The notes beneath the pieces were generated by a model, which worked only from the letters and a program-made list of their open reading frames with translations, searched no databases and was not told the DNA's origin. Below are positions 13,061 to 26,205 of a stretch of DNA of 64,000 nt, piece by piece (within the stretch, counting starts at the first letter, position 1; every line of letters starts with the position of its first letter). The translations under genes and the position numbers were made by a program. Origin of the DNA: Octopus vulgaris (taxonomy: Eukaryota); assembly GCA_951406725.2 (NCBI GenBank), contig OX597822.1, positions 77,314,001 through 77,378,000 of the forward strand. Reading direction: 5' to 3'.

Positions 13061-14730
13061 CTGTATTTGCATTTTACCCCACACCCACCCAATCGCTTGA
13101 CAAACAGCCGGCGTTAGTTTGTTTACAATCCCGTAACCTAGGTGTTCAGCAAAAAGAGAATGATAGAATAAGTACCAGTCTTTTAAATAATATTAATAAT
13201 AATAATAATTTTTTTCTTTACTCCCCACAAGGGGCTAAACATAGACAGGTCAGAGAAAGGGATTAAGTCGATTACATCAACCCCAGTGCGAAACTGGTAC
13301 TTTATTTTTATCGACCCCGAAAGGATGAAAGGCAAAGTCGACCTCGGCGGAATTTGAACTCAGAACGTAACGGCAGACGAAATACCGCCAAGCATTTCGC
13401 CCGGCGCGCTAAATAATGGGGTCGATATGTTCAACTGAACCCTTCAAGGCAGTGCCTCAGCATGGTCTCAGTCCAATGGCTGAAACAAGGAAAATATACT
13501 AGGTAGAAGATAGTATGTTTAGGAGTAATTCTCTTGACGTTCTCTGTGTCAGAGTGGTCACTTTGTCGTGTCTTGTCTTTTGACAAGTATAACACGTGTT
13601 GCGTAAACAAACCAACATGTTATGTTGAACGTGGTTGTGTCTTCTTGATTTTCTCGGACCCTCTTACTTTTGTAATGCCTAAGAGATATTTTACTTATTG
13701 ACAGTAAGTTGATATTGGTCATGTTTGTTATTTTGAAAACACCCTTGTTATTTAGTACTATACTGCACCTTTATGAGGTTGTTATTAATAACTTAGTGTA
13801 TATATTAGAGAGAGAGAGGGAGACTGTGTGGTGAGTTGGCGGACCCAGTACAGTGCCGGGACTGAATATAATTTGTCTTTAGTCTTGATATTTTCACTGG
13901 TAGACTTCAGGTAATGTTCAATTAAACTTCTGCATGATAGTTAACTCAGATAACATACAGTAATTATTTACTAGTTTCGTTTCGTTCCTCAATATTCGGG
14001 TTTCGGATTTCATTGCGGGCGATAAAAACAAAGTACCCAACATGAAAACAGCTGATTCTTATACGTTTACGTCATTTTTGCTAATAAAAGAGGCGAAGTT
14101 AAAGAATACACACACCCGGTATGTAGTGTAAGGGGTTAGGGTTACGTCGAAAACGGGTGGTGTGCGTGGAGATAGATAGATATTCACACTTGTCATTTCT
14201 CAATTCTGAGTTCAAACCCCAGTTGTATCGTCTCTTGTGTTAACCACGGTTTTAACCACTCTAGGGACTAATAAAATGGTGGTGAGTTGTCGGACACGGT
14301 GCAGTGCCGGGACTTAATACACTTCGTCGTAATATTAAGTGTTGATATCCACCGTTAGTAGGATATAAAGGTTGTCCTATCGTATTCAATCTTGTCATTT
14401 TTACGGTCTGAGTTCAAGCCATGTTAAAGAGACTTTTACAGCATAGATAACTAAAACGGCATAGAGACTTTATTTAGTTTTATTTCGTTCCTCGATATTC
14501 GGGTTTCGAACCTTGCTGCAGGTAATGAAAGTCGATATCAAGCATAAGAAAAACCGGCAATCCTAAATGTGTATTCGAGCGTGTATTTCACTCATCAGCT
14601 GGTTCGTGGACATAAAAGACAATGAGTACGCGAGTGTGGACCGCGTATGTTTACCTTTTTTTTTTTAGAAGTATGCATGTTTGTGTGTATATATATATAT
14701 ATATATACAAAAAAATTTTTTTACAAAATA

Positions 14731-15295
14731 GGCGCATGGTTCCGGGTTCAGTCCCACTGCGTGATACCTTGGGCAAGTGTCTTCTACTATAGACTCGGGC
14801 CGACCAAAAGCCTTGTGAGTGGGATTGGTAGACGGAAACTGAAAGAAGCGCGTCGTATATATGTATATGTGTATATATATATAACGGGAAGGTTTACGAA
14901 AATAAACAAAAGACGAAGGCAGGTGGAGTACAAACAAACAAATGTATTAGTATGGCGCTCAGGAACAGAAATAGAACAAGTCTTTTACGTTTCGAGCCTA
15001 CGCTCTTCGACAGAAAGATACACAGAAAAAAAAACAAGGAGAGAAAAAAATGCGTGTAGGAGCTAACGATCTATCATGTGTGTGTGTTTGTGTGTCTGTG
15101 TTTGCCCCCACCCCCAACATCGCTTGACAACAGATGCTGGTGTGTTTACGTCTCCGTAACTTAGCGGTTCGGCAAAAGAGACCGATAGAATAAGTACTTG
15201 GCTTACAAAGAATAAGTCCTGGGGGCGATTTCCTCAACTAAAGGCGGTGCTTCAGCATGGCCGCAGTCAAATGACTGAAACAAGTAAAAGAGTAA
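14731..15295 (+). mobile_element. SINE family A copy carrying a ~190 bp insertion (14882-15075) in its internal (TA)n tract
   Basis: The family A sequence resumes after the insert, which contains a hammerhead-like motif. Confidence 0.85.
14981..15018 (-). ncRNA. Minimal type I hammerhead-like motif (variant core)
   Basis: Minus strand reads UCUUU-CUGUCGA-A-GAGC(GUAG)GCUC-GAAAC-GUA-AAAGA. Helices I and II pair perfectly. The core has U at the normally conserved A6. Confidence 0.5.
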
Positions 15296-16896
15296 ATTGC
15301 CGATTTTCATTTTCGCTTTGGCGAAACCATCTCCGAAGGACACCTCTATTCTTATAAGTTCCCGTCACTATGCCAATGAAAGAAAAATATTAAGACTTGT
15401 CATTTCTCAATTCTAGGCTTAAATTCCTTTGGCATTAACCACTCCAAGGTATTGATAAAATAGTTAATTAATATGCTACACAGTGTCACCCTTTCCTCTA
15501 CAAATACATATATACATAAATGTATATATGTATATACACATACATATGGCTGTACATATATACACACACGCACGCACATCAATTCTTCCGCTTCGCATCA
15601 ACTTCAAGAGAGTTGTAAGATCGCCCAATATTACATGAGCACTTTATAACGTTTCTTTCTTTGCTGGCAACTCGCCGCGGACTACCACTTTGAGAAGCTC
15701 TGGTCTGTTATACCCGTTCAGTGCTTAAAGGGAGATAATTCTTAACGCATGGAAGAGTTATCTATCTTGATATATTTTATTTATTTATTAAAATATATTT
15801 GCAAAATAATCCTTTCTAATTTAGGCACAAAGCCTGGAGTTTGGTGGGAGAGGGTGCCAGTTGATTAGATCGACTTCAGTACACAACTGGTACTTAATTT
15901 ATCGACCCCGAAAGGATGAGAGGCAAAGTTGAACGTAGCGACGGGTGAAATACCTATTTCTTTACTACCCACAAGGGGCTAAACACAGTGAGGACAAACA
16001 AGGACAGACAAACGGATTAAGTCGATTATACCGACCCCAGTACGTAACTGGTACTTAATTTATCAACCCCCGAAAGGATGAAAGGCAAAGTGAACCTCGG
16101 CGGAATTTGAACCCAGAACGTAGCGGCAGACGAAATACCGCAAAGCATTTCGTCCAGCTTGCTAACGATTCTGTCAGCTCGCCTCTTTATTTATTTGTGA
16201 AATAATAATCTCAGATCCATCTTCGCTATGTCTTCAGAACGGTAAAACGAAATGGTTGGCATCTCTCATTTGTAGTGAATTTATATTCTACCAAACATAA
16301 TACTAATAATTGTTTCTACTATAGACACAAGGCCTGGAATTTGTGGGTCAGGTGGATAGTCGATTACATCGACCCCAGTATTTGACTGGTACTTAAATTT
16401 ATCGATACTGAAAGGATGAAAAGCAAAGTCGACCTCGGCGGAATTTGAACGCAGAGCTAAGCATTTCGCCCAGCTCACTGCCTTAGTAATAATAATTCTT
16501 TCTGCTATAGGTAGAAGGCTAACAATTTTGAAGAGAGGGGAGGCAGTTGATATTTTATTTTATCAAACCCCATAAAGGTGTTTGGCAAAGATGACCCCAA
16601 CGGGATTTGAACTCAGAACTTCAAGTGTTGTACGATTTACTACTAGACATTACTCCAACGTTCTAACAATTCTGCCAATAAAATGTTTCTGATTTAGACT
16701 CAATGCCAACAGATTTGACAGGAAGGGTTTTGTTCATTCCATCGACCCCAGTACTTGACTGGTACTTTATTTTATGGACCTAAAAGGAGGAAATACAAAG
16801 TTGGCCTGGTTGGGATTTGATCCCAGAAGGTAAAGATCTGGAAGGCATTTTTGTCTCATGCTTTAATCATTCTACCAATTCGCTACCTTTATCGCC

Positions 16897-17335
16897 CTGC
16901 TGCTTTCCTCTCGCTGGGGAAGAAAGGCAGTGTTCCTCTGTCTGGTGGCTATGGCAAAGGAAGTTGCATGGTGGATGAGACTGAAAGGACTGAAGACTGA
17001 TATTTTCCTTTTCGGCTGAGCCCTTGTCGAAGTTTTCAAGTGAGAGTTGAGAGGGAAGTTCTGCCCCACCCCCAGTAAATTTGTTGAAAGGTGGGTGAAT
17101 GTGGTGAGGATGGCTCGTGTAAATGGGCCTACTCTGAACCTTTGTTAACTGGAGAAGTTGAGATGGAGAGAAGTGCCTGCTGAGGTGCATCTGGCAAACG
17201 GGATAACCAGAATGTGTGGGGTTCCTCAGTTGTCTCTGTAAGGGACTCCCCATTTTAGGGGGATTTTATTGTTTAATTGTATTGTTAATTGCCATTGTCT
17301 GTTTTGTGTTTGGCCATTATAACCAATAAAGAAAC

Positions 17336-17366
<31 letters not shown>

Positions 17367-17396
17367 GGGTAACCGTGTATTTTCTTTGCGGTAGTA
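16897..17396 (+). mobile_element. Possible solo LTR
   Basis: A ~500 bp non-SINE block starting TGCTGC and ending ..GGTAGTA, with AATAAA at ~17325. No clean TSD. Confidence 0.25.
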
Positions 17397-18995
17397 TACC
17401 TGTTTCTGTCTTCATTCCTGATCTTTCTCTCTCCAGCCAGGTAACCTTGTACTTCCTCTACAGCAAGACACCTGTATCTGTCTCACTATAACCTTTTATT
17501 CACCACCTCCTTCAATGCTTCCTCTCCTCTTAAAAGATTTTGTTTTGCAAGTACTTGGTGACCTTGTCAGTGCAGGTGCCACTTAAAAGCACCCGGTCCA
17601 CACTGTAAAGTGGTTGGTGTTCGGAAGGGCATCCAGCTGTAAAAACCTTACCAAAACTGACCTCACCTGTGCTTGTGCCACATAAAAAGCACTAAATCCA
17701 CTCTGCTGAGTGGTTGGTGTTAGGAAGGGACCCAGGTGTAAAAACCTTGCCAAAACTGACCTCACCTGTGCTTGTGCCACATAAAAAGCACTAAGTCCAC
17801 TCTGCTGAGGGGTTGGTGTTAGGAAGGGACCCAGCTGTTAATTCCTGCCGAAACAGTCACAGAAGCCTGGTGCAGGCTTTGGCCTGGCCGGCTCTTGTAG
17901 TACTATCCCACCCCTGCTAACATGGAACATGGACGTTTAATAATGATGATGATGATTAAGATAATTAACTGGCAGAATTGTTTGCACATCAGGCGAAATG
18001 CATAGTAGCATATTTTCCAGCTCTTTACAATCTGGTTTAAATTCCACCAAGGTCATCTCTGCTGTTCTTCCATTTGGAGTCAATAAAATAAGCATCAGTT
18101 AAACCCTGGAGTTGATGTAATCAAGTATCATCATCCCCTAAAATGTCACGCTTTGTGTCCATAATAGAAAGGGTTCTTCTTCTTCTTCCTCCTCCCTTCT
18201 TTTTCTTCTTGAATGAGAGAGCAGTGCATGCCATTAAAATGACACTGGGGTAAAATATATACGAAGCCCAGCATACCCATCGTGACTACCCACCTGATAA
18301 GGGTACACCAGGCACATGCATCACAACCCAATGTGCATAATATGGTGATCTGATATTAAGACAAACAACGCATGCTCTTGCAGGTGGGGCCCAGTTAGAA
18401 TTTTCTTCAGGTTGTGTAACCCATCTTGCTCAAAAGGTCCCTGAATAAGGGTTGTTTAAGGATGATGAACAAAACACCCATGTTTCCAGAAGTGTATCAT
18501 TCAAACTCCGAAGAATTCTTCTCAACACATGGCTATGATGCTCCCTCACTATTTCTGCTCATGATCAAAGATGCACATATTTTCAGCCACCAAGGGACAT
18601 GCTCAACTGGTTACGGTCAAACAACTACTGAAAAGCAAATTTGTGGTATTGAGCAGAACATTTGCTGTTGTCCATCTTTTATACCAAGAGAAATCAATAT
18701 GATAACGCTTCCAATTGGTTAAGATCAGAAGCCATGAGAGACACTGCCTGGCACTGCATCAGTGCTATTATCATTATTATTATTATTAAGACGGCAAGCT
18801 AGCAGAACAGTTCACATGCTGGGCAAAATGCTTTGCTGCATGTTGCCTGTCTTTACATTCTGAGTTCAAATGCTGCTGGGTCGACTTTGCCTTTCATCTG
18901 TTTAGGTCGATGAAATAAGTACCAGTTATGCACTGGTGTCTGTGTAATCAACTATCCCCACCCAAAATTTCAAACCTTTTTCTATAGTAGAAAGG

Positions 18996-19027
<32 letters not shown>

Positions 19028-19830
19028 TACTACTACAGTGGTGAGCTAGCAGAATTGTTAACACACCAGGTGAAATGCTTAGAGGTATTTCATCTGCCAC
19101 TATGTTCTGTGTTCAAACTCTGCCGAGGTCGACTTTGCCTTTCATCCTTTCAGGGGTGATGAAATAAGTACCAGTTACGCACTGGGCCAATGTAATCGAC
19201 TAGCCCCTTTCCTCCCAAAATTTTCAAGGCCTTGTGCCTAGAGTAGAAATAAAGGTGGCAAGCTGGCACAAATTCTTAGCACACTGGATAAGATGCTTAG
19301 CAGTATTTCGCTTATTGCTATGTTCTGAGTTCAAATTCCACCAAGGTCAACTTTGCCTTTCATCCTTTCAAGGTCGATAAAATAAGAACCAGCTGAAGAC
19401 TGGGGTCGATGTATTTGACTCATCACCCACTCCCAAAATTACTGCCGTTGTGGCTAAATTTGTAACCATTATTATTATTATTATTATTATTATTAAGGTA
19501 ACTATTTTGCTGCACTATCAGTATGTCAGGGGAAACGCATTGCGGTATATTTTCCAGCCATTTAGAAACCTGATTTCAAATTCTACTGATGTCATCTTTG
19601 CTTTTCATCCTTTCAGGGTCGATAAGATCCATACTAGTTCAGTACTAGCCCATTGCTCACTCCCCCTACATATTTACCTGCTTAATTCCCTCCACTTTTT
19701 TGCCCCCTTTTCTATTTCTTTGTTTCCTAGTATTTAAATTACAATAAATGAAAATGTTTTATTTTGCAATTTAGCATGTATTATTATCGTTGTTTAGTGA
19801 GTACTTCCTTGTGTTTGCATGGGTTGGATG

Positions 19831-20130
19831 TGGAGGTACATGGCCTAGTGGTTAGAGCAGTGGACTCGCAGTCGAGGGATCGTAAGGTTGAATCTCAGAC
19901 CAGGCGATGTGTGTGTTTATGAGCGAAACACCTAAGCTCCACGCAGCTCTAGCAGAAGGTAATGGCGAAACTTCTGCTGACTCTTTTGCCACAACTTTCT
20001 CTCACTCTTTCCTCCTGCATCTTGCAGCTCACCTGCGATGGATCGGCATCCTGTCCAGGTGGGGAACCTATACGCCAAGAAACCGGGAAACCGGCTCTTA
20101 TGAGCCAGGCATGGCTCGAGAAGGAACAAC
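19831..20130 (+). mobile_element. SINE family C (tRNA-derived head TGGCCTAGTGGTTAG..GGACTCGC..)
   Basis: A-box and B-box-like motifs followed by GAGCGAAACACCTAAGCTCCACG. Related copies at ~27140-27412(-), 36385-36505(-) and 44371-44720(+). Confidence 0.75.
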
Positions 20131-20952
20131 CATGGGTTGGATGGAAATTGTTCTGGCAGATTTATGGCCTGATGCTCTTCCTGTTGCCAATCCTCACATT
20201 TTTTTTTCCAAGTACAACTACACACATACATACGTATATACACACACACAGACAAACACACACAAGAATTCTTTCAGTTTCCGGTCTCTCAAATTCACTG
20301 ACCAGGCTTTTGTCAAGCTGAGAATATTACAGAAGACACTTGCCCAAGGGGTTGCACTGTGAGACTGAACTCAAGTCCACATGGTTGGTAATCAAACTTC
20401 TTAACCCCACAACTACACATAACATACACATATATGTATGTGTATATCATGATTAGTATATATTAACACGCACGTTTATCAGAGTGTATAAATGCCCTTC
20501 CTAACATGTAAGAAGTCTTATCGATGGCCTTCTCTTCACATGTTTACACACTCTGATAAACAAATATTTTACGTCTTATGACATGCAGCCTTCTGGCTTG
20601 CCAGCCCTCAGTCAAACTGTCCAACCCATGCCAGCATGGAAAGCAGACATTAAACTACAATAATGATGACGATGCAAACCATCTGGTAATAAATTATTTA
20701 ATAATTTTTACCTTTATATTTATATTGACATACATGTATATGTTTGTACATTCTACTCTGAAATATAAATTGTTCTTTCTCTTCTATCTCCTCTACTTTT
20801 GATCCATAGTTTCTGAAAAGTGATGTCTGCTTATACAGAAAATTTAACCTTATTACTTAACGTTCTACAACGAAGACTTTGATCGTTTAGTCTCAAAGTC
20901 TCTCTTCTCCTTTTCTCTAAATTCATTTCACTTTCTGCACCGAATGTTTCCA

Positions 20953-20983
<31 letters not shown>

Positions 20984-21007
20984 ATTCCTTGGTCACTTCA
21001 ACAGATA

Positions 21008-21224
21008 CAAGGGGGTGTTCAAAAGTTCATAGCTTTGGGTAAAAGAAAATACAGGAGGGTCAGTTAATTATGATTTCCTCCAACATATTTCCCTCTCAGA
21101 TTCATACACTTATTGCAGCAGTCCTTCAGCTTTTCTAAGCCCTTTAAAAGAACTTGGAAAGTTGGGCCTCCAATCAGGCCTTTCGCGAAACCTTTAGAGC
21201 CCGGAGCTTTTCAGCACCCCCTCA
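21008..21224 (-). mobile_element. Mariner-derived MITE
   Basis: TA|CAAGGGGGTGTTCAAAAGTTC ... GAGCTTTTCAGCACCCCCTCA|TA. The minus strand retains a transposase C-terminal relic, CNKCMNLRGKYV. Confidence 0.85.
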
Positions 21225-21417
21225 TACATGTCTCTTCCTGGCTATCACTTTGATCCTGCACTCCTGCTTCAGGCACTTTCCCCTGAAATTTCTGATCAGC
21301 CTGTTCCACTAATTATCCACTTGGAGACTCACCACCACTGCTGCCATCACCATAGATTTTAAACTTTTTTTGTCCCTTAACCACTGACAAAAGCGTATAC
21401 CTATTCTAGAGTTAGAC

Positions 21418-21991
21418 CAGGGTTTCTCAACTTTTTTTTTGCCTTTGATTCTTATCTGACCCCTTTCATTCTTATGACCCCATTCATTCCTATTTGACTC
21501 CTTTCATTTTTATTTGATCCCTTTCATTCCTATCTGACCCCTTTCATTCTTATCTGACCCCTTCCTATTTGACCCCTTTCATTCCTATTTGACCCCTTTC
21601 ATTCTTATTTGACCCCTTTCATTCTTATTTGACCCCTTCCATTCCTGTTTAACCCCTTCCATTCCTATTTGATCCCTTCCATTCTTATTTGACCCCTTTC
21701 ATTCTTATTTGACCCCTTCCATTCCTGTTTGACCCCTTCCATTCCTGTTTTAGCCCTTTCATTCCTGTTTGATCGCCTTCCTTCCTATTTAACTTGAGTG
21801 GACCCCGTAGCCATTTTGATGCTTAAAAAATATTTTTATAATTAAATTTTATGAGATATTGTGTTTAAAAAAATATGTCAAAATATTTTGTGAATTGTAG
21901 AAGTAAACTGAATTAATGCACATGAATTTTTGGCAACAAAATCTTATGTGGACCCCCAAGGGACCCCATTGACCCCAGTTGAGAACCACTG
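21418..21991. mobile_element. hAT-type MITE containing a 20 bp minisatellite (TTTGACCCCTTTCATTCTTA, ~21440-21790)
   Basis: TIRs CAGGGTTTCTCAAC / GTTGAGAACCACTG. The TSD is imperfect. Confidence 0.7.
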
Positions 21992-22098
21992 TTTGACAAC
22001 ACTACCCAACTTACCACACACACACACATATACATGTCCTTGAAATGTCAAACAAAATTCTTAAAAAATACAAATTGCCACTCACACATACACTGGCA

Positions 22099-22150
<52 letters not shown>

Positions 22151-23074
22151 TATTTGTCCAAAGTACTACTCTTGAAAGAACAGATGTTCTCACAAAACAA
22201 TCCCCACTAAAAATTCACTTATTTATGAAAAATATCATCCATTAGAGATATAGCCAGTAGACACAGAGTTAATTGTTGTTTCAAATACACCTGTTCAAAA
22301 AGCATTCAATTAAAAGAAAAAAATGCTTACATAATCACACACACACTCACACACACGTGTAAAAAAGATACTAAGCAAAAATTAATACATAAATGAAAAT
22401 ACTCACCATTAACAAATTAATAACACAAATTAATAACATGACATGAACACATACATACACACAATCCATCATCATCATTATTATCATTTAATGTCTGTTG
22501 TCCATGCTGGCATGGGTTGGACAGTTTGACCGGGGCTGGTAAGCTGGAAGGCTGTACTGGACTCCAGTCTGATTGGGCATGGTTTTCTATGGCTGGATGC
22601 CCTTCCTAATGCTAACCACTCCAAGAGTGTAATGGGTGTTTTTACATGCCACCGGCACAGGTGCCATTTGCATGACACCAGTGTCTGCCACGACTGCGAT
22701 CACGACATAATTCCAAAGGTCTCAGTCATTGCTTCCATGAGGCCCAACACTCAGGAACTCAGCCACTTTGCCTCCATGAGGCCCAACACTTGAAATTAAC
22801 TCAGCCACTTTGCCTTTATGAGGCCCAACGCTATTTATAAATATATATGATGGACTTCTTTCAGTTTCCATCCACTCCCAGGGCTTTGATCAGCCCAAGG
22901 CTATCAGTAGGCGCCTAGTCAAGGTACCACACACTGGGACCGAAACCAGAACCTTGCTGTTGAAAAGCAAATTTTTTACTCCACAGCTAATCTATATACA
23001 AAATTTAACAATGTAAATATATTTAGAAATATGCTTAAAAAAAGTTTGATGAGAAAAGTGCTTACACAGCCAAG

Positions 23075-23192
23075 TACTTATTCTGTTGGTTTCTTTTTGC
23101 TGGACTGCTAAGTTACGTGGACGTAAACACAACACCATTGGTTGTCAAATGATGTTGGGGGAACAAACACAGACACACAAACATATACACAT

Positions 23193-23247
<55 letters not shown>

Positions 23248-23475
23248 TATATACGACGGGCTTCTTTCAGTTTCCGTCTACCAAATCCACTCATAAGGCT
23301 TTGGTCGGCCCAAGGCTATAGTAGAAGACACTTGCCCAAGGTGGCAGGTTCAGTCCCACCATGTAGCACTTTGGAAAATTGTCTTCTACTATTGCTTTGG
23401 GCCGACCACAGCCTTGTGAGTGGATTTGGTAGATGGAAACTGAAAGAAGCCTGTCGTATATGTGTGTGTATATAC

Positions 23476-23513
<38 letters not shown>

Positions 23514-23712
23514 TTGTATGTCTGTGTTTGTCCCCTGCCCACCATCACTTGACAACTGATGCTGGTGTGCTTATATCCCCGTAACTTAGCAGTTCGGCAA
23601 AAAGAAACCGATAGAATAAGTACTAGGTTTACAAAGAATAAGTCAATTTGCTCGACTAAAGGCGGTGCTCCAGCATGACCACAGTCAAAAGACTGAAACA
23701 AGTAAAAGAGTA
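23075..23712. mobile_element. Two head-to-head SINE family A copies (inverted pair joined at ~23345)
   Basis: The minus copy at 23075-23345 and the plus copy at 23345-23712 are reverse complements. Confidence 0.8.
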
Positions 23713-25336
23713 AAAAAGACATTATAAAAACATCTTCCAGAGTAGTTTATGACATTGAGTGTTTCTAAAAATTTTTTTTTAATATTTAATAATTTTAAAG
23801 AAAATCTTTCCTCAAATATTGTTATCGTATAAAATATTTTAGCAAAAACATTCAGGTGTGTGTGTTTGGAGTGAAGACAGGAGAGATATGCAATGATATA
23901 CAATTGAAAGATCTTGGAAGGGTTGGCCAAACTTTGGCATTGAGAGCTATACCAGCCTCTGAACTGGACACCACAGCAATGTTCTAAAGGGATCAGCTAT
24001 CCTGTCTAGAGTGAGGACTATGTTCTGCAATAGCATGGAATTCAAGGGCCCATATCTATGTAATATCTTGCTAAAATATCTGGGAGATTTACTTGGGGTA
24101 GGGGTAGCTATTTTCAGCAAACAACTTGACCTCCTGCTGTTCAACATCACAGATGAACCTACATCATTGCAAGAAACTTAAAAGAGGGCAACAATGTCAA
24201 ACTCCCTGCTTCACTAAAAACCAGTCACAAAAGAACGGCCATTGGAAAGGTGATAACACTGACAATGTCCCAGCATGGCTACAGCCTTTGGGTTGAAATA
24301 CATAAAAGAATAAAAAGGTGTATGTGTGTGTGTGTATGTAGATTGTGTGTATCATGCATATTGCAGATCAATAAATTTTTATTGTACGTAGTCTATACAT
24401 GGCTGTTAGTTTGTATCATGCACTTGCACATGCATTGATAAAACGTGTGCATGCAAGCATGCATGTGCATCTAGGCATGTGCATTCCAGTTTAACCCTCT
24501 CCATTCTAGTAATTTCTTTCAGCTATGCTGTTGAAATTGCTATTTTTAGCAGCAATGGTTGCGTCTATTCTTTGGAAGAAAATGCTAACTTCCTGTTCCT
24601 ATGACAATAGTGAGCCTGTTCATACCAGAATAAACTTTTCAAATATGTTTTAATGTTGGTTAAGAAATTTCTTTGTTTTTTTTTCTTTTCTTTTTTTTTT
24701 TAAACATTTTTCTGCTCTCCGCCCCTCCCCATCCTTTTTTAAAATATATTTTCTAATTTTTTTTTTTTTTTTTACTTTTTCCCCCTTCGCACCTACATCC
24801 CCATCCTGCTTCTTTCTATTTCTAACACTTTGATATTTTGATATTTCAGATATTTTATTTAATAAGACCATGGTGCTGGTTATAACAATATTATATTAGT
24901 AATAATAACAATAATAATAATAATAAAAATAATAATAATTATTATTATTATTATTACTAATAGTAATAATATTAGTAATAGTAATATCAAAAGTAATATT
25001 AATAGCAATAATTATAGTAATAACAGTAATATTAAAAATAATGCTAACAGTCATAATAATAATAATAATAATAATAGTAATAAAAATGATATTAATGATG
25101 GTGATGATAAGGATGAAATGAATGCAATAAATGCATAGAAATGCTGATGAAAAGTATTTCAGTGAGGATAAGGGTGATGATGACAGTCAGTGAAGTTGAT
25201 TATGATAATGGTTGCTTTTATTTGCCACAAGGTCGAGAGACAATAGAACAGTACAGTTGTACCAAACTGCATGTCTTACAAATCAATAACAAGGAACATG
25301 CAAAATTGTGCCAGGTATACAAACACACACATGTGC

Positions 25337-25376
<40 letters not shown>

Positions 25377-25719
25377 ATCATGTGCACACACTAACATGCA
25401 TACATATGCATGTGCACACATAAGCACTCACACATGCAGATAAACAAACATGTGCATGCACACCTACATGCACATGCATGTTCACATGCAGATGCAGAGT
25501 AAATGTGCATGAGTAACTAGATCTTTGTACAGTTTCAACAATGAATTTTCCAGTTCTTCTATCAACTGAAATGCTTACATCAGTAAATTATAGCACCAGT
25601 ACTGGTTCTCATACTGCCTTGTACTTGTAGTGCCATTCACCCGGGATGGATTGAGCCAGCTCTGATCAACAAGTTCATCATGTCCCTCATGAATGCTGAC
25701 CACCTTCCTTGAAAAAAAG

Positions 25720-26205
25720 TAAGGTAAAGTTACCTCCTGGAGCAATGCCAGGCTCATAAGAGCCAGTTCCTTGGTTTCAGTGGTGTATATATTCCTCACC
25801 TGGATGGGACGCCAGTCCATTGCAGGATTATTCATTTTTGCCAGCTGAGTGGACTGGAGCAACGTGAAATGAAGTGTCTTGCTCAAGAACACAATGCATC
25901 ACCCAGTCTAGGAATCGAAACCACAATCTTATTTCTTTACTGCCCACAAGGGGCTAGACACAGAAGGGACAAATGGATTAAGTCGATTAGATTGGCCCCA
26001 GTGCATAACTGGTACTTAATTTATTGACCTCAAAAGGATGAAAGGCAAAGTCGACCTCGGCGGTATTTGAACTCAGAACATAACGGCAGATGAAATAGAG
26101 CTAAGCATTTCGCCCGGTATGCTAACATTTCTGCCAGCTCGCCCCCTTCGAAACCACAATCTTACCATCATGAGTCCTACACCCTAACCACTAAGCCATG
26201 CACTT
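25720..26205 (-). mobile_element. SINE family D with a nested family B insertion (25932-26147)
   Basis: 17 bp TSD TCGAAACCACAATCTTA at 25915-25931 and 26148-26164. Family D relatives at ~32403-32740(+), 37760-38060(+) and 57190-57360(-). Confidence 0.85.

Larger units (their letters stand above)
13500..15720. promoter_or_regulatory. CpG-retaining island; candidate promoter and non-coding first exon for the C7orf25-like gene
   Basis: Unique sequence rich in CpG relative to its flanks. Candidate + strand donors ACA|GTAAGT (13704) and CGC|GTATGT (~14645), with CACGTG and TTGCGTAA motifs at ~13593-13606. The exon at 29982 needs an upstream non-coding exon. This assignment is inference. Confidence 0.35.

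Noticed and set aside
14131-14144. Telomere-like GGGGTTAGGGTTA
   Set aside because: Only about two units, compatible with chance.
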